Part shown: one piece after another, positions 51,703 to 61,917 of the stretch
Layout of the letters: every line of letters begins with the position of its first letter
Position numbering within the stretch: position 1 is the first letter of the stretch
Origin: an uncultured Candidatus Rokubacteria bacterium
GTDB taxonomy: Bacteria; Methylomirabilota; Methylomirabilia; Rokubacteriales; CSP1-6
Direction of reading: 5' to 3'
Length of the DNA stretch: 64,000 nt
Assembly (NCBI GenBank): GCA_963758635.1
Contig: CAVWWD010000001.1
Span: forward strand, 1 to 64,000
Made by a program: the position numbers and the translations under genes
The notes under the pieces: generated by a model
Seen by the model: the letters and a program-made list of their open reading frames with translations, nothing else
What the model was told of the DNA's origin: nothing
Databases searched by the model: none

Positions 51703-54700
51703 TCAGGGCGTGGAGGTCAGCGCGCTCAGCGCGGAGCGAGCCCGCTGTGCGCTCGCCGCCATGTCGAGCGCATCGAACTCCCGCGCCGCGTGCGAGAACT
51801 CCTGGGCCGCCGGCGCGACGGCGCCGGCACGGCGAAGCAGGCCGGCGAGGCTCAGGTGGGCGCGCGCAGCGAGCGGGCGCATGCCGAGCTCGCGCGCCAT
51901 CGCCAGCGCCGCGCGCGCGTCCTCCGGGTCGAGGCAGACCTCCGCGCGCACCCAGAGGGCCCACGCCTCGTAGCCCCGCTCGCCGCGCTCCCGGCTCAGG
52001 CGCACCGCGTCCGCGGCCAGCCGGGCGGCGGCCTCCGCGTGGCCGGCCAGCCCGTGCGCGTGCCCGAGCCAGGCGAGCCACTGCGAGTGACCGAACAGGA
52101 AGGGCAGGGTCACCGCCTTGTCGATCGCTTCCTCGAGGACGCCGATGCCCTCGGCGGCGCGTCCCGACAGCGCGAGCGCGTACCCGCGCACGGCGGCCGC
52201 CCACGGGAACCACGCGGGGACCTCGCGGGTCCGGATGACGTCGATGGCGCGCTCCACCGCCGCCTCCGCGTCGGCGGGCCGGTCCTGGAGGAGCAGGCGA
52301 TAGGCGAGCGCGATGCGCGCCAGGGCCAGCCCCCACGGCAGGTCCGGCGACTGCGCGAGCCCCTCGGACTCGGTGCCGAACCGCTCCGACTCGGCGAACT
52401 GCCCCAGCTCGGCGTGGCAGATGGCGGCCATGTTGCGCGCATAGAGCGCCGGCGGCATCCCTTGCCCCAGACGCTGCCGGAGGAGGTCGCCGGTCAGCAT
52501 GTCGATCGCCTCCTGCAGGAGGCCGATGGCGCGACGACAGTCCCCCACCTCGCGGCAGGCGTGGGCCAGCGGCGTCCGGGCGGTCGCCCGCAGACCCACG
52601 TCACCGACGGCGTCGGCGAGGGCGACGGCCTGCTCGCCGACCGCGAGCCCCTGCGTCGGCTCGCCCGCGAACAGGTGGGCGTTGGTCATGTAGATCCGCG
52701 CCCACGCGAGCCGCCGGCGGTCGCCGGCGGCGGTGGCGAGCGCTTCGGCCTCGCGCAGGTACGTGGCGATGCGGCGGAACTCGCCGAGCTGCAGGAGCGC
52801 GCTCCGGAGGGCGAGGCGCAGATCGATCGCCGCGTCCACCCCGTCGCGCTCCGGTAGCCGCCCCACGGCCTCGAGGCTCCGCTCCCACCAGATGACGGCC
52901 TCCCGGTTGGCCGAGTGGTCGAAGGCCTTGTTGCCCGCCTGCCGGCAGTGCTGGACCGCGCGCGGCCACAGCTCGCCCTGGAGCGCGTGGTGGGCCAGCC
53001 GCTCGGCGTGGTCGTGCTGCCGCTCGGGGTACAGCTCCTCCATGGCCTGCACGATCCGGGCGTGGAGCGCCCGCCGATCGCCGTCGCTCACGGTGCCGTA
53101 GGCCACGTCGTGCGTGAGCGCGTGCTTGAACGTGTGCTCGACTTCCGGGTGCATCCGGGTCTCGAGCAGGAACTCGGCGGCGAGCAGGCGCCGCAGATCG
53201 GGGGCGAGGACCTCCTCCGGGAGGTTCGTGACGGCCTGCAGCAGCGCGAACGGCACGTCCTTGCCGACGACCGCGGCGACGCCGAGAAGACGCCGGGCCG
53301 CGTGGTCGAGGCGCTGGATGCGCGCGAGGATGACCTCCTGGATCGTGTCGGGCACGGCCATGGCGTCGATCCCCGCGCCGACCGCGAGTCCGGTGGCGGC
53401 CCGGCGGACCAGCCCCACCTCCCAGAGCGATCGCACCAGCTCCTCGACGAAGAACGGGTTGCCCTCGGCCTTCTCGGCCACCAGGCGCTCGAGCTCCGCG
53501 GGCAGCTCCACGACGCCGCACACGCCCTCGGCCATCCTCACGCTCTCCGCCGTGGACAGGATGGGCAGCGTCAGGCTGGTGTGGAAGCGGCCCCCGCCGA
53601 ACGATACGCGATGGCCCGGGCGCGTGGTCGCGAGCAGCAGCACGCGCTGCGAGGCGATCCTCTCGCCCAGGCGGGCCAGCCAGTCCTCGGTGGCCGCGTC
53701 CGCCCAGTGCACGTCCTCCAGGGCGACCACGTGCGTCCGGAGCGCCGCGCCGCGCTCGAGCATCAGGTGCGTCGCGCTCACGAGGGCCGCGTGCCGCTGC
53801 TTCGGGTCCATCGTGGCCACCGCCGGATCGCCGGGGTCGACGGACAGGAGGTAGCGCACGAGCGGGAGCACGGCATCCAGATCCGACGCGAGACGCCGGA
53901 CGCCGCGCCCGATCTTCTCGATGACGGCGGCCTCCGGGTCGACGTCGTCGATGCGGAGCACGCGCCGCAGCATGTCCATCACGGCATGGAAGGGTGTCGA
54001 TCGCGCGAAGGGCAGGGCCTGGCCTTCGATCCACGTCGCCCGGGAGTGAAGCCGCCGCCGCAGCTCGTGCAGCAGCCGGGACTTGCCGACGCCGGGCTCG
54101 CCGACGATCAGGACCATCTGGCCCTCGCCGGCCTGGGCTCGCTCGAACCGCTCGGCCAGGAACTGCAGCTCGCGCTCTCGCCCCACGAAGGGCGTCCGAC
54201 CCCGTTCCGCGTGCCGCACGAGGCGGGCGCCGGGCGCGGCCGGCAGCGGCGTCAGGTCGAAGCGACCGATGAGGAGCCGGGACGCGGGCTCGCTCGCCGC
54301 GATGCCGCGCGAGGGCGCGGCGCCCACCAGCGCGGCGAGCGCCGTCCGCGCATCGTCGATCTCGCCGGCGTCCACGGTGAGGCCCTGCGCCCCGGTGCGG
54401 ACGGGCAGGGAAGCGGTGTGGATGGCCATCCTGAGATCGGGCCGGCGCGGATCATCCAGCCGCGCCCGCGTGGCGAGCCGCTGCAGCGCGATGGCCGCGT
54501 GGGCGGCGCGCTGCGGCGCGTCCTCCTCGGGCTCCACGCCGAACAGCGCGAGCAGCGCGGTTGCGCTCGCGTCGTGCACCCGGCCGCCGAAGCTCCGCAG
54601 CTTCTCCGCGATCGCCTCGAGCGCGCGGTCGCCTTCCCGGATGGCGTGTTCGCTGTCGGGACCCACCAGCGTCACCAGCAGCAGCGTGACCCGTCGTGTC

Positions 54701-55777
54701 TCGGGCGCGGGCGGCGTCGCCGGGGGGGACGTGACGGACGGCGGGGCGACGCGGGACCTCGGCGGGCGGCCGCCGCGACGCCGTGCCGACGCGCTCTGCG
54801 GCGACAGCCCGAGGCGCTCGATCCGGTAGCGGAGCGTGTTGCGCGGGACGCCCAGGCGCACCGCGGCCCGGGTGAAGTTCCACTCCGTCTCGGTGAGCAC
54901 CTCGAGGAGCCGTCGCGCCTCCTCGTCGTCGGAGTCCTCGGGGGCCGCGGTGTCCCCCGGAGCCGGCGGCGCCGACCGGGGTCCGCCGCCCGGGGAGCTG
55001 GAGATCCCGCGCCGTCAGGAGCGGCCCGTCGCCGAGCAGCGCGGCGCGCTCCATCGCGTTGGACAGCTCGCGGACGTTCCCCGGCCAGGGGTGCGCCAGC
55101 AGCGCCGCGCGCGCGTCCGGGGACAGGCGCCGGGCCGGCAGCCCGTAGTCCTCGCAGACGCGGCCCAGGAAGTGCTCGGCGAGGAGGACCACGTCCGTGC
55201 CGCGATCCCTGAGCGGCGGCAGCACGAGCGTGACGACGGCCAGGCGATGGTAGAGGTCGCGCCGGAAGCGTCCGGCCCGCACGGCGGCCGGCAGGTCCTC
55301 GCTGGTGGCCGCGATCACGCACGCGTCGATGCTCTCGCTGCGCGTGCTGCCGAGCCGCCGCACCGCGCGATCCTCGATCGCCCTCAGGAGCTTCGATTGC
55401 AGGCCGAGGGGCATCAGGCCGATCTCGTCCAGGAACAGGGTGCCGCCATCCGCGGTCTGGAGGAGACCCGGCTTGGCCTGCACCGCGCCGGTGAACGCTC
55501 CGCGCTCGAAGCCGAACAGCTCGGCCTCCAGCAGCGTCTCGGGGATGGCGGCGCAGTTCAGGTCTACGAACGGCCCTGCCGGCCGGGCGCCCTGGCGGTG
55601 GATGCTGCCGGCCAGCAAGCCCTTGCCCGTGCCCGTCTCGCCCAGGATGAGGATGGGCGGGAGCCGGCGGTGGGAGCCGGCGGCGGATCCGAGCAGCCGA
55701 TGCACCTGCTCGCGCACGTCCGAGATCGCGGGGCTCTCGCCGAGGAGCTGCGCAAGCGACGGCATCGCGGGGCTCAT
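51703..55777 (-). CDS. Sigma54-dependent activator (AAA+, Fis HTH) fused to degenerate cyclase, STAND ATPase and TPR domains (frameshift near 54960)
   Basis: GETGTGK, ELFGFERGAFTGA, FLDEI, WPGNVREL, N.TRAA..LGV.RNTLRYR, then GEPGVGKSRL, EDVHWAD, EGNPFFVEE, FKHALT. Confidence 0.88.
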
Positions 55778-55891
55778 CGTACCGCGAGAGGGAATCCTGC
55801 CGCGGGCGGGAATCCGAAACCGACGAAACTGCCGGCCGCCCGATCCCCCGGTCGCTCCTGGCAACTGCGCGATTTCACGAACGCCACGTCT

Positions 55892-55906
55892 CGGCATCAC
55901 TCTTGC
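55892..55906 (+). promoter_or_regulatory. Sigma54 (-24/-12) promoter
   Basis: CGGCATCACTCTTGC, lying between the activator and the ferritin-like gene. Confidence 0.7.
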
Positions 55907-55989
55907 CTCTTGCTCACCGTCGAACGGGCGGGCATGGGGCCGGCCCACGGTCGCGACGCACGGCAGCAGGACCAGGGAGGAGAGGCGAC

Positions 55990-56910
55990 ATGGCAAGGTA
56001 CTCGTACGCGGATATCCTGCAGAACTCGTATCGGGTGAACTGGCGCATCGACGAGGTCGTGGGCGGGCGCGCGTTCGAGACCACGCGCCCCTGGCTGCCC
56101 GCCGCGCTCTCGGGCGCGAGCGGCGTCACGTGCCTCGACCCCGACGAGCAGGTCAAGCTCACCCACGTGGAGATGGGCGCCTACGCGCACCTCTTCGGCT
56201 ACGTCGAGGAGTTCATCGCTCCCAAGGTGGTGGGCCTGGCCCACTCCGTCGAGCTGGCCGATCGCGCGGCCTTCGACGCCCTGACCAACTTCGCCTCCGA
56301 GGAGGTGAAGCACATGGCGCTCTTCCGCGAGGTGCGCGGCCTCGTCGACCGCGCCGTCGGCTTCCCCCTGGCCCTCGTGCCGGGCGCGCAGGACGTCGCG
56401 CGCGCCGTGCTGGAGAAGCAGACGGGGGCGGTGCTCCTGCTCACCGCGGCCATCGAGTGGCTCACCCAGCTCCACTACCTGAACTGCTTCAAGGACGACC
56501 GCGGGCTCGACCCGTTCACCAAGCACATCTTCAAGAGCCACTGGCTGGAGGAGTCGCAGCACGCCCGCATGGACCACATGGAGACGCTTCGCGCCTTCGC
56601 GGAGGCCTCCGACGCCGAGAAGAACGCCGCGATCGACGACCTGATCGCGCTGGTCGCCGCGGTGGACGGCCTGCTGCAGCAGCAGTCGACGCTCGACGTG
56701 GAGAACCTCGCGCGCTACATCGCCCGGCCCCTGTCCGACGCGGACCGCGCCGAGATCTACGAGAAGGTCCTGAGCGCCAAGCGGTACACGTTCATCGAGA
56801 GCGGCGTGACGCACCCGAACTTCCAGGAGCTGTTCGGCGCGGTGACGACGCCGCGCCAGCAGGCGAAGGTCGAGGAAGCGCTCGCCGGCCTGCTCCAGCC
56901 CGTGGGATGA
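55990..56910 (+). CDS. Ferritin-like (diiron four-helix) hypothetical protein
   Basis: Ligand pattern YVEEF / EEVKH / IEW..QLHY / EESQH; GGAGG RBS. Confidence 0.7.
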   Translation: MARYSYADILQNSYRVNWRIDEVVGGRAFETTRPWLPAALSGASGVTCLDPDEQVKLTHVEMGAYAHLFGYVEEFIAPKVVGLAHSVELADRAAFDALTNFASEEVKHMALFREVRGLVDRAVGFPLALVPGAQDVARAVLEKQTGAVLLLTAAIEWLTQLHYLNCFKDDRGLDPFTKHIFKSHWLEESQHARMDHMETLRAFAEASDAEKNAAIDDLIALVAAVDGLLQQQSTLDVENLARYIARPLSDADRAEIYEKVLSAKRYTFIESGVTHPNFQELFGAVTTPRQQAKVEEALAGLLQPVG

Positions 56911-57022
56911 TCGCACCGGAGCCGCGGCCCGCCGAGGGCGGATCTCCCGTTTCCTCGGCGTGGCCGCGCGGCTCTCATTCGGGCGCGGCGCGTCGGGCCA
57001 TCGCCGCGCGGGAGGAATCGAG

Positions 57023-58390
57023 ATGACGACCACTGGACTGGACGACGCGACGGTCAACGAGCTCACGGCAGGGTTCCGCGGCGCGCTGCTGCGGCCGGGC
57101 GACGCGGGCTACGACGTCGCGCGGCGCGTCGACAACGCCATGATCGACCGGCGCCCGGCGCTGATCGCGCGCTGCGCGGGGGTGGCCGACGTGCTGGCCG
57201 CGGTGCGCTTCGCCCGCAAGCACGACGTGCTCGTCTCCGTGCGGGCGGGCGGCCACAACGTGGCCGGCAACGCCGTGTGTGACGGCGGGCTGATGATCGA
57301 CGTCTCGCCCATGAAGGGCATCCGCGTCGACCCGGGGAGCCGCACCGCCCAGGTCCAGGCCGGCGTCACGTGGGGCGAGCTCGACGCCGAGAGCCAGGCC
57401 TTCGGCCTGGCCACCACCGGCGGCGTGATCTCCACCACCGGCGTCGCCGGGCTCACGCTGGGCGGCGGGGTCGGCTGGCTGAACGGCCGCTTCGGCCTGG
57501 CGTGCGACAACCTGATCGCCGCCGACGTGGTGACGGCCGACGGACAGCTCGTCCGGGCGAGCGAGCGGGACAACGACGAGCTCTTCTGGGGACTCCGCGG
57601 CGGTGGCGGCAACTTCGGCATCGTCACGTCGTTCGACTTCCAGCTGCATCCCGTGGGTCCGGTGGTGCTGAGCGGCCCGGTGTTCCATCCCGCGGCGCGG
57701 GCGCGCGAGGTCCTGCGCTTCTACCGGGAGTTCAGCGCGAACGAGCCCGACGAGCTCACCACCTACGCCGGCCTCCTCACGGGGCCGGACGGCGCGCCGC
57801 TCGTGGGAATCGTGCCGTGCTTCGGCGGCCCGCCGGAGCAGGGGGAGAAGCTGGTGGAGCGTCTCCGGAAGTTCGGGCCGCCCGCCGTCGACATGGTCGG
57901 CCCCATGCCCTACGTGGCCGTCCAGCGCATGTTCAACGACGCGTTCCCGCCCGGCCGCTACCAGTACTGGAAGTCGAGCCTGACCCCGGAGATCAGTGAC
58001 GCGTTGATCGACACCGTCGTCGAGCACATGGCCCGGGTGCCGTCGCCGCACTCCGCGGTGATGCTCGAGCACTACCACGGGGCCTACGCGCGGAAGCCGG
58101 CCACCGCCACCGCGTACAGCCATCGCCGCCCGACGTACGACGTGGTCATCATCTCGAACTGGACGGACCCGGCCGACAACGCCCGCAACATCGAGTGGAC
58201 GCGCAGCCTGTTCGCGGCCGTGCAGCCGCAGGTCTCCGAGGCCGTCTACGTGAACTTCCTGGACGCCGACGAGGGGGCCGACCGCGTCCGTGCCGCCTAC
58301 GGCGACAACCACGCGCGGCTGGTCGCCCTGAAGCGGAAGTACGACCCGACGAACTTCTTCCGCATGAACCAGAACGTGCGGCCCGACTGA
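57023..58390 (+). CDS. FAD-binding oxidoreductase, berberine-bridge-enzyme (BBE) type
   Basis: RAGGHN (covalent-FAD His), GLTLGGG.G, LFWGLRGGGGNFG, YVNF, LK.KYDP.NFF..NQN. Confidence 0.92.
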   Translation: MTTTGLDDATVNELTAGFRGALLRPGDAGYDVARRVDNAMIDRRPALIARCAGVADVLAAVRFARKHDVLVSVRAGGHNVAGNAVCDGGLMIDVSPMKGIRVDPGSRTAQVQAGVTWGELDAESQAFGLATTGGVISTTGVAGLTLGGGVGWLNGRFGLACDNLIAADVVTADGQLVRASERDNDELFWGLRGGGGNFGIVTSFDFQLHPVGPVVLSGPVFHPAARAREVLRFYREFSANEPDELTTYAGLLTGPDGAPLVGIVPCFGGPPEQGEKLVERLRKFGPPAVDMVGPMPYVAVQRMFNDAFPPGRYQYWKSSLTPEISDALIDTVVEHMARVPSPHSAVMLEHYHGAYARKPATATAYSHRRPTYDVVIISNWTDPADNARNIEWTRSLFAAVQPQVSEAVYVNFLDADEGADRVRAAYGDNHARLVALKRKYDPTNFFRMNQNVRPD

Positions 58391-58435
58391 CCGCGTGAGG
58401 CGGCCTCTCCGCGTCCGGGTTGCCGGAGGTGTCTT

Positions 58436-58448
58436 AATGTGTCACATT
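58436..58448. promoter_or_regulatory. Palindromic operator upstream of the toxin-antitoxin operon
   Basis: AATGTG-T-CACATT perfect palindrome, plus a further GTCACAT half-site at the start codon. Confidence 0.6.
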
Positions 58449-58455
58449 GGGTCAC

Positions 58456-58713
58456 ATGAAGACCATTTCGATTCGGGAGCTCCATGAGCGCACCGGGGCC
58501 TGGGTACGCAAGGCGGTAGAGCTTGGCGGGATCACGGTGACGGACCATGGCAGGCCGTTGGTCCGTCTCGAAGCCGTGTCCGGCGAACGGGCGGGCAACC
58601 CATTCCGGGAGCGCCGGCTTCGCCCCGGATATGCGCGGCTGCGGGGGAAGCTTGGCCGCGGGACCGACAGCACCGTGATGGTCTCCGAGGATCGCGGGCG
58701 GCCGTCACCGTGA
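58456..58713 (+). CDS. Phd/YefM family antitoxin
   Basis: MKTISIRELH, ITVTDHGRP, VSEDR; overlaps the toxin start. Confidence 0.85.
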   Translation: MKTISIRELHERTGAWVRKAVELGGITVTDHGRPLVRLEAVSGERAGNPFRERRLRPGYARLRGKLGRGTDSTVMVSEDRGRPSP

Positions 58714-59150
58714 TGAGCTACTTCGACTCGTCGTACATCGCCAAGTTCTACCTCGACGAGCCGGAAAGCGACGCCGTACGTCGGCTGGCCGAATCGCTTG
58801 GGCAGGTGCGGTGTGTGGTCATCGGGCAGGTCGAGGTGGCCGCCGTTTTCCATCGCAAGTTCCGCGAGGGGGCCTTCGACACGGCGGCTCTGCGCGAGAT
58901 CACGGCGCAGTTCGATGACGACTGTGGTCAGGGCCTGTGGACATGGCTTCCCCTGACCGCGGCGATGGCAGGACGGGCGGCGGCGGCGTTCGCTCGTCTG
59001 CCGCGCGCGACCGTCCTCAGAGCCGCGGACGCGATGCACCTGACCTGCGCCCAGGAGCACGGGATCCGGGAGATCTATACGAACGATCGACACATGTCGG
59101 CGGCCGGCCGCCACTTTCGGTTGAAGGCTCTCACCGTGGAGCCCGGCTAG
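58710..59150 (+). CDS. vapC: VapC PIN-domain toxin
   Basis: YFDSS..K.Y..E..S, E, LRA.DA.HL..A, TND acidic residues. Confidence 0.9.
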   Translation: MMSYFDSSYIAKFYLDEPESDAVRRLAESLGQVRCVVIGQVEVAAVFHRKFREGAFDTAALREITAQFDDDCGQGLWTWLPLTAAMAGRAAAAFARLPRATVLRAADAMHLTCAQEHGIREIYTNDRHMSAAGRHFRLKALTVEPG

Positions 59151-59209
59151 GGCGCGCGGCTGGTCGCGCTGAAGCGCACGTACGACCCGTCGAAGGAGGC
59201 GCGGCCGCC

Positions 59210-60389
59210 TCACTCGCCCAGGAATGCCTCGATCGCGGAGCGGAACGGAGGCCAGGCCGGCTCGTCCGGCAGCGGCACGTGATTGTCCGACTCCAGCGCC
59301 ACGAACCGGGCATGGGGGATCGCCGCGGCGAGGCGCTCGCCTTCCGCGAACGGCACCGCATTGTCATGCCGGCTGTGCAGCACCAGGGTCGGGACCGAGA
59401 TCCTCGGCAGGAGATCGGCAACGTCGATGTCGTCGCAGGCGAGACGGAGCCTCACCGCCGTCTCCGCCGACATGGCCATCCGCTGGAGCTGCGCGAGGGC
59501 CTGGATCTCCTCCGTGGAGGCGCTCGGGAAGTACAGGGTGCTGAAGGTCTTCAGGTAGGCCGAGTGCTCGTCACCCCAGCCGTGGCGCATCAACGTGAGC
59601 TGGGCCTGTCCCGTCTCGTGATCCTTCGCCGAGCCGCGCTTGTTGCGGCCGCGCGCGTAGGCGCCGTTGAGCACGAGGTGCGAGACGCGGTCGGGATGCC
59701 GCACGGCGTGCGCGATGGCGATCGACGCCCCCTGGGAGATGCCCAGCAGGGCATAGCGGGGGAGGCGGAGGGCATCGACCACCGCCTCCAGGTCCCGCTC
59801 GAAGCCGGCGAAGGAGATATCCGGAACGTACCGGTCGGACAGGCCGTTGCCACGGCCATCGTAGCGAATCAGCCGCACGCGCTCGGCGAGAAACCGATAG
59901 AGGGCGCCCCGGAACTGAACGCGCCAGTCGAACTCGAGGTGGTTGAACCACGTGGGCGTCCGCACCATCGGCATTCCGGCTCCGGCCGTGTTGATGGCGA
60001 GCCGGACGCCGTCCGGCGTGCGGCAGTACTCGAACGTCCTGGCTCGCCGGTAGCGGCTGGGGCGACGGCGCCTCCAGGGGCTCCAGGGCAAAGAGGTAGC
60101 CGCGGCGGGGCACCGTCTGGATGATGACGTGATCCGTGTCCGACACGGCCTGGCGCGCGCTCCGTATGGACTGGACCAGGGCATCGTCCGTGACCGCCTG
60201 GCCTTGCCAGACGACCCGGATCAGCTCCTCCTTGCCGATGACCCGGCCGCGGTTCTCGACGAGGTAGCGGAGGACGTCGAAGGCCCGGGGCCGGAGATCG
60301 ATGGGGACCTCGCCCCGGCGCAGCGCGCAGCGTTGAAGGTCGAGGGTGAAGTCTCCGAAACGCAGGAGCCCTGGCGTGGCGATCGGCAT
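59210..60389 (-). CDS. Winged-helix + alpha/beta hydrolase-fold regulator (frameshift near 60060)
   Basis: LRFGDF.LD, LRPRAFDVL, IQTVPRRGY; then TPDGVRLA, RYDGRG.GLSD, GISQG, NH. Confidence 0.88.
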
Positions 60390-60577
60390 GCCCCCTTCCC
60401 GCCGATCAGCCGGCCGCGGCGCGACTTTCACCGGGGTGTCGGCGATATTTCGCCGCGACGTCGTGACAGGCGGAGGACCTGCCGGCCAACATATCAGCGC
60501 AGGGCCCGGGTGCCAAGGCCGCCGCCTCCCGGGGCCGACACGACGCGAGCAGCGAGCGCGCGCGCCGGCGCAACATC

Positions 60578-60619
60578 GGGGTCAGGCACTCGCGCAACGC
60601 AACGCAAGTGCCTGACCCC
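60578..60619. repeat. REP-like palindrome
   Basis: GGGGTCAGGCACTCGCG-caacgcaa-CGCAAGTGCCTGACCCC, 17-bp arms with one mismatch. Confidence 0.65.
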
Positions 60620-60670
60620 TCGCGCAACGCCGGCGGGAGGCAACCGCATCCGCGGAAAGGATTGGGACGC

Positions 60671-61831
60671 ATGGACTCGATCACGACCCTTCGCGACCTC
60701 GACGCGATGCTGCCCGAGCTGGCCGCCGAGGCCCGGGGGCGGGCCACGGAGTTCGAGGCTCGACGCAGCCTGGCGCCCGACTTCACCGACCGGCTCAAGC
60801 GGGCCGGCATGTTCAGGATCCTGGTTCCCCCCGATGCGGGCGGTCTCGGCGGCTCTCTTCCGGAGTGGCTGGAGATCATCATGACGCTCGCGGAGGCCGA
60901 CGCCTCGACGGCCTGGGTCTCGGCGCATGCCGGCATGTGCGCGGGCCTGATCTACGCCTCCGCCGAGCCGCGCTTCCGTGACGAGTTCTTCGCCAACCCC
61001 GGCGCCTGCGTCGCGTGGAGCAATCTGCCCCGGGTCACGGTCCAGGAGGAGGACACGGGCGTGCGGATCACGGGCAGCTGGGCGTTCGAGTCTGGATGCA
61101 CCGCGGCGACCCATGTCGGCGGCATGGTGCTGCTCTCCCCGCCGGCGCCGGGCGCCCCGCCCCGCGTGGTCGCGGCGCTGGCGCCCGTGGCCGAGGCGAG
61201 GATCGAGGAGACCTGGGATCCGGTGGGCCTCGCCGGGACGGGCAGCCACGAGGTGCACTTCGACGGGGTGCTCGTGCCATGGCACCGCACGTTTCCGTGG
61301 CCGGCGGGCGTCCCGGTCTCGGGCTATCCGGCGGCGATCTTCGTGCCGGGCACCTGGTTCATCGCCATCTGCGCCGCCGCCACCCACCTGGGGCTGGCGC
61401 GCCGCGCGCTCGACGAGGCGCGCAACGCGCTACGCGGCAAGCTCGACCGCTTCACGCAGAAGCCGGTGCTCGAGCACCCGGCCACCCAGCGCGGCCTGGA
61501 GGCGGCCGAAGGCCTCTGGCTCGCGTGCCGCGCGGGCATGCGCGAGACGCTGGCCGCCATGTGGGCCTGTGCCCTGCGTGGCGAGCCGGCGACGGCTGAT
61601 CTGCGGGTCAACGCGCGCGTCGCGGCGGTGACCGCCGTGCATCGGGGCGCCGAGGTCGTGCGGGCGGCGTACGATGCCGCGGGCGCGAGCGCGGTGCACC
61701 GCGCTGGAGTGCTGCAGCGGCTCCTGCGCGACGCGAGCTGTCTCACGCATCACATCTCGGTGAACGCGCTCTCCTACGAGCTGACCGGCCGCGTGCGCTC
61801 CGGTATCGACACGCTGAGCTTCCGCATCTGA
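60671..61831 (+). CDS. Acyl-CoA dehydrogenase-fold flavin-dependent hydroxylase (HsaA/NcnH-like)
   Basis: LA.ADAS.AW, G.W.F.SG, TWD..GL.GTGSH, LQRL.RDA. Confidence 0.85.
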   Translation: MDSITTLRDLDAMLPELAAEARGRATEFEARRSLAPDFTDRLKRAGMFRILVPPDAGGLGGSLPEWLEIIMTLAEADASTAWVSAHAGMCAGLIYASAEPRFRDEFFANPGACVAWSNLPRVTVQEEDTGVRITGSWAFESGCTAATHVGGMVLLSPPAPGAPPRVVAALAPVAEARIEETWDPVGLAGTGSHEVHFDGVLVPWHRTFPWPAGVPVSGYPAAIFVPGTWFIAICAAATHLGLARRALDEARNALRGKLDRFTQKPVLEHPATQRGLEAAEGLWLACRAGMRETLAAMWACALRGEPATADLRVNARVAAVTAVHRGAEVVRAAYDAAGASAVHRAGVLQRLLRDASCLTHHISVNALSYELTGRVRSGIDTLSFRI

Positions 61832-61917
61832 GGGCGCGCCGGGGCCAGCCGCCGCGTGGGCCCGCGGCCCGAGCGCGGCGCGCCGGCGCGCCGGCCAAGG
61901 CGGACGCGCCGCCGCGC

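Noticed and set aside
6221..60075. Programmed ribosomal frameshifting as the explanation of split genes
   Set aside because: Breaks occur in unrelated enzyme families with no shared slippery motif; sequencing error is simpler.
60498..60517. TTGGCAC on the minus strand as a sigma54 promoter
   Set aside because: There is no GC at the required -12 spacing.
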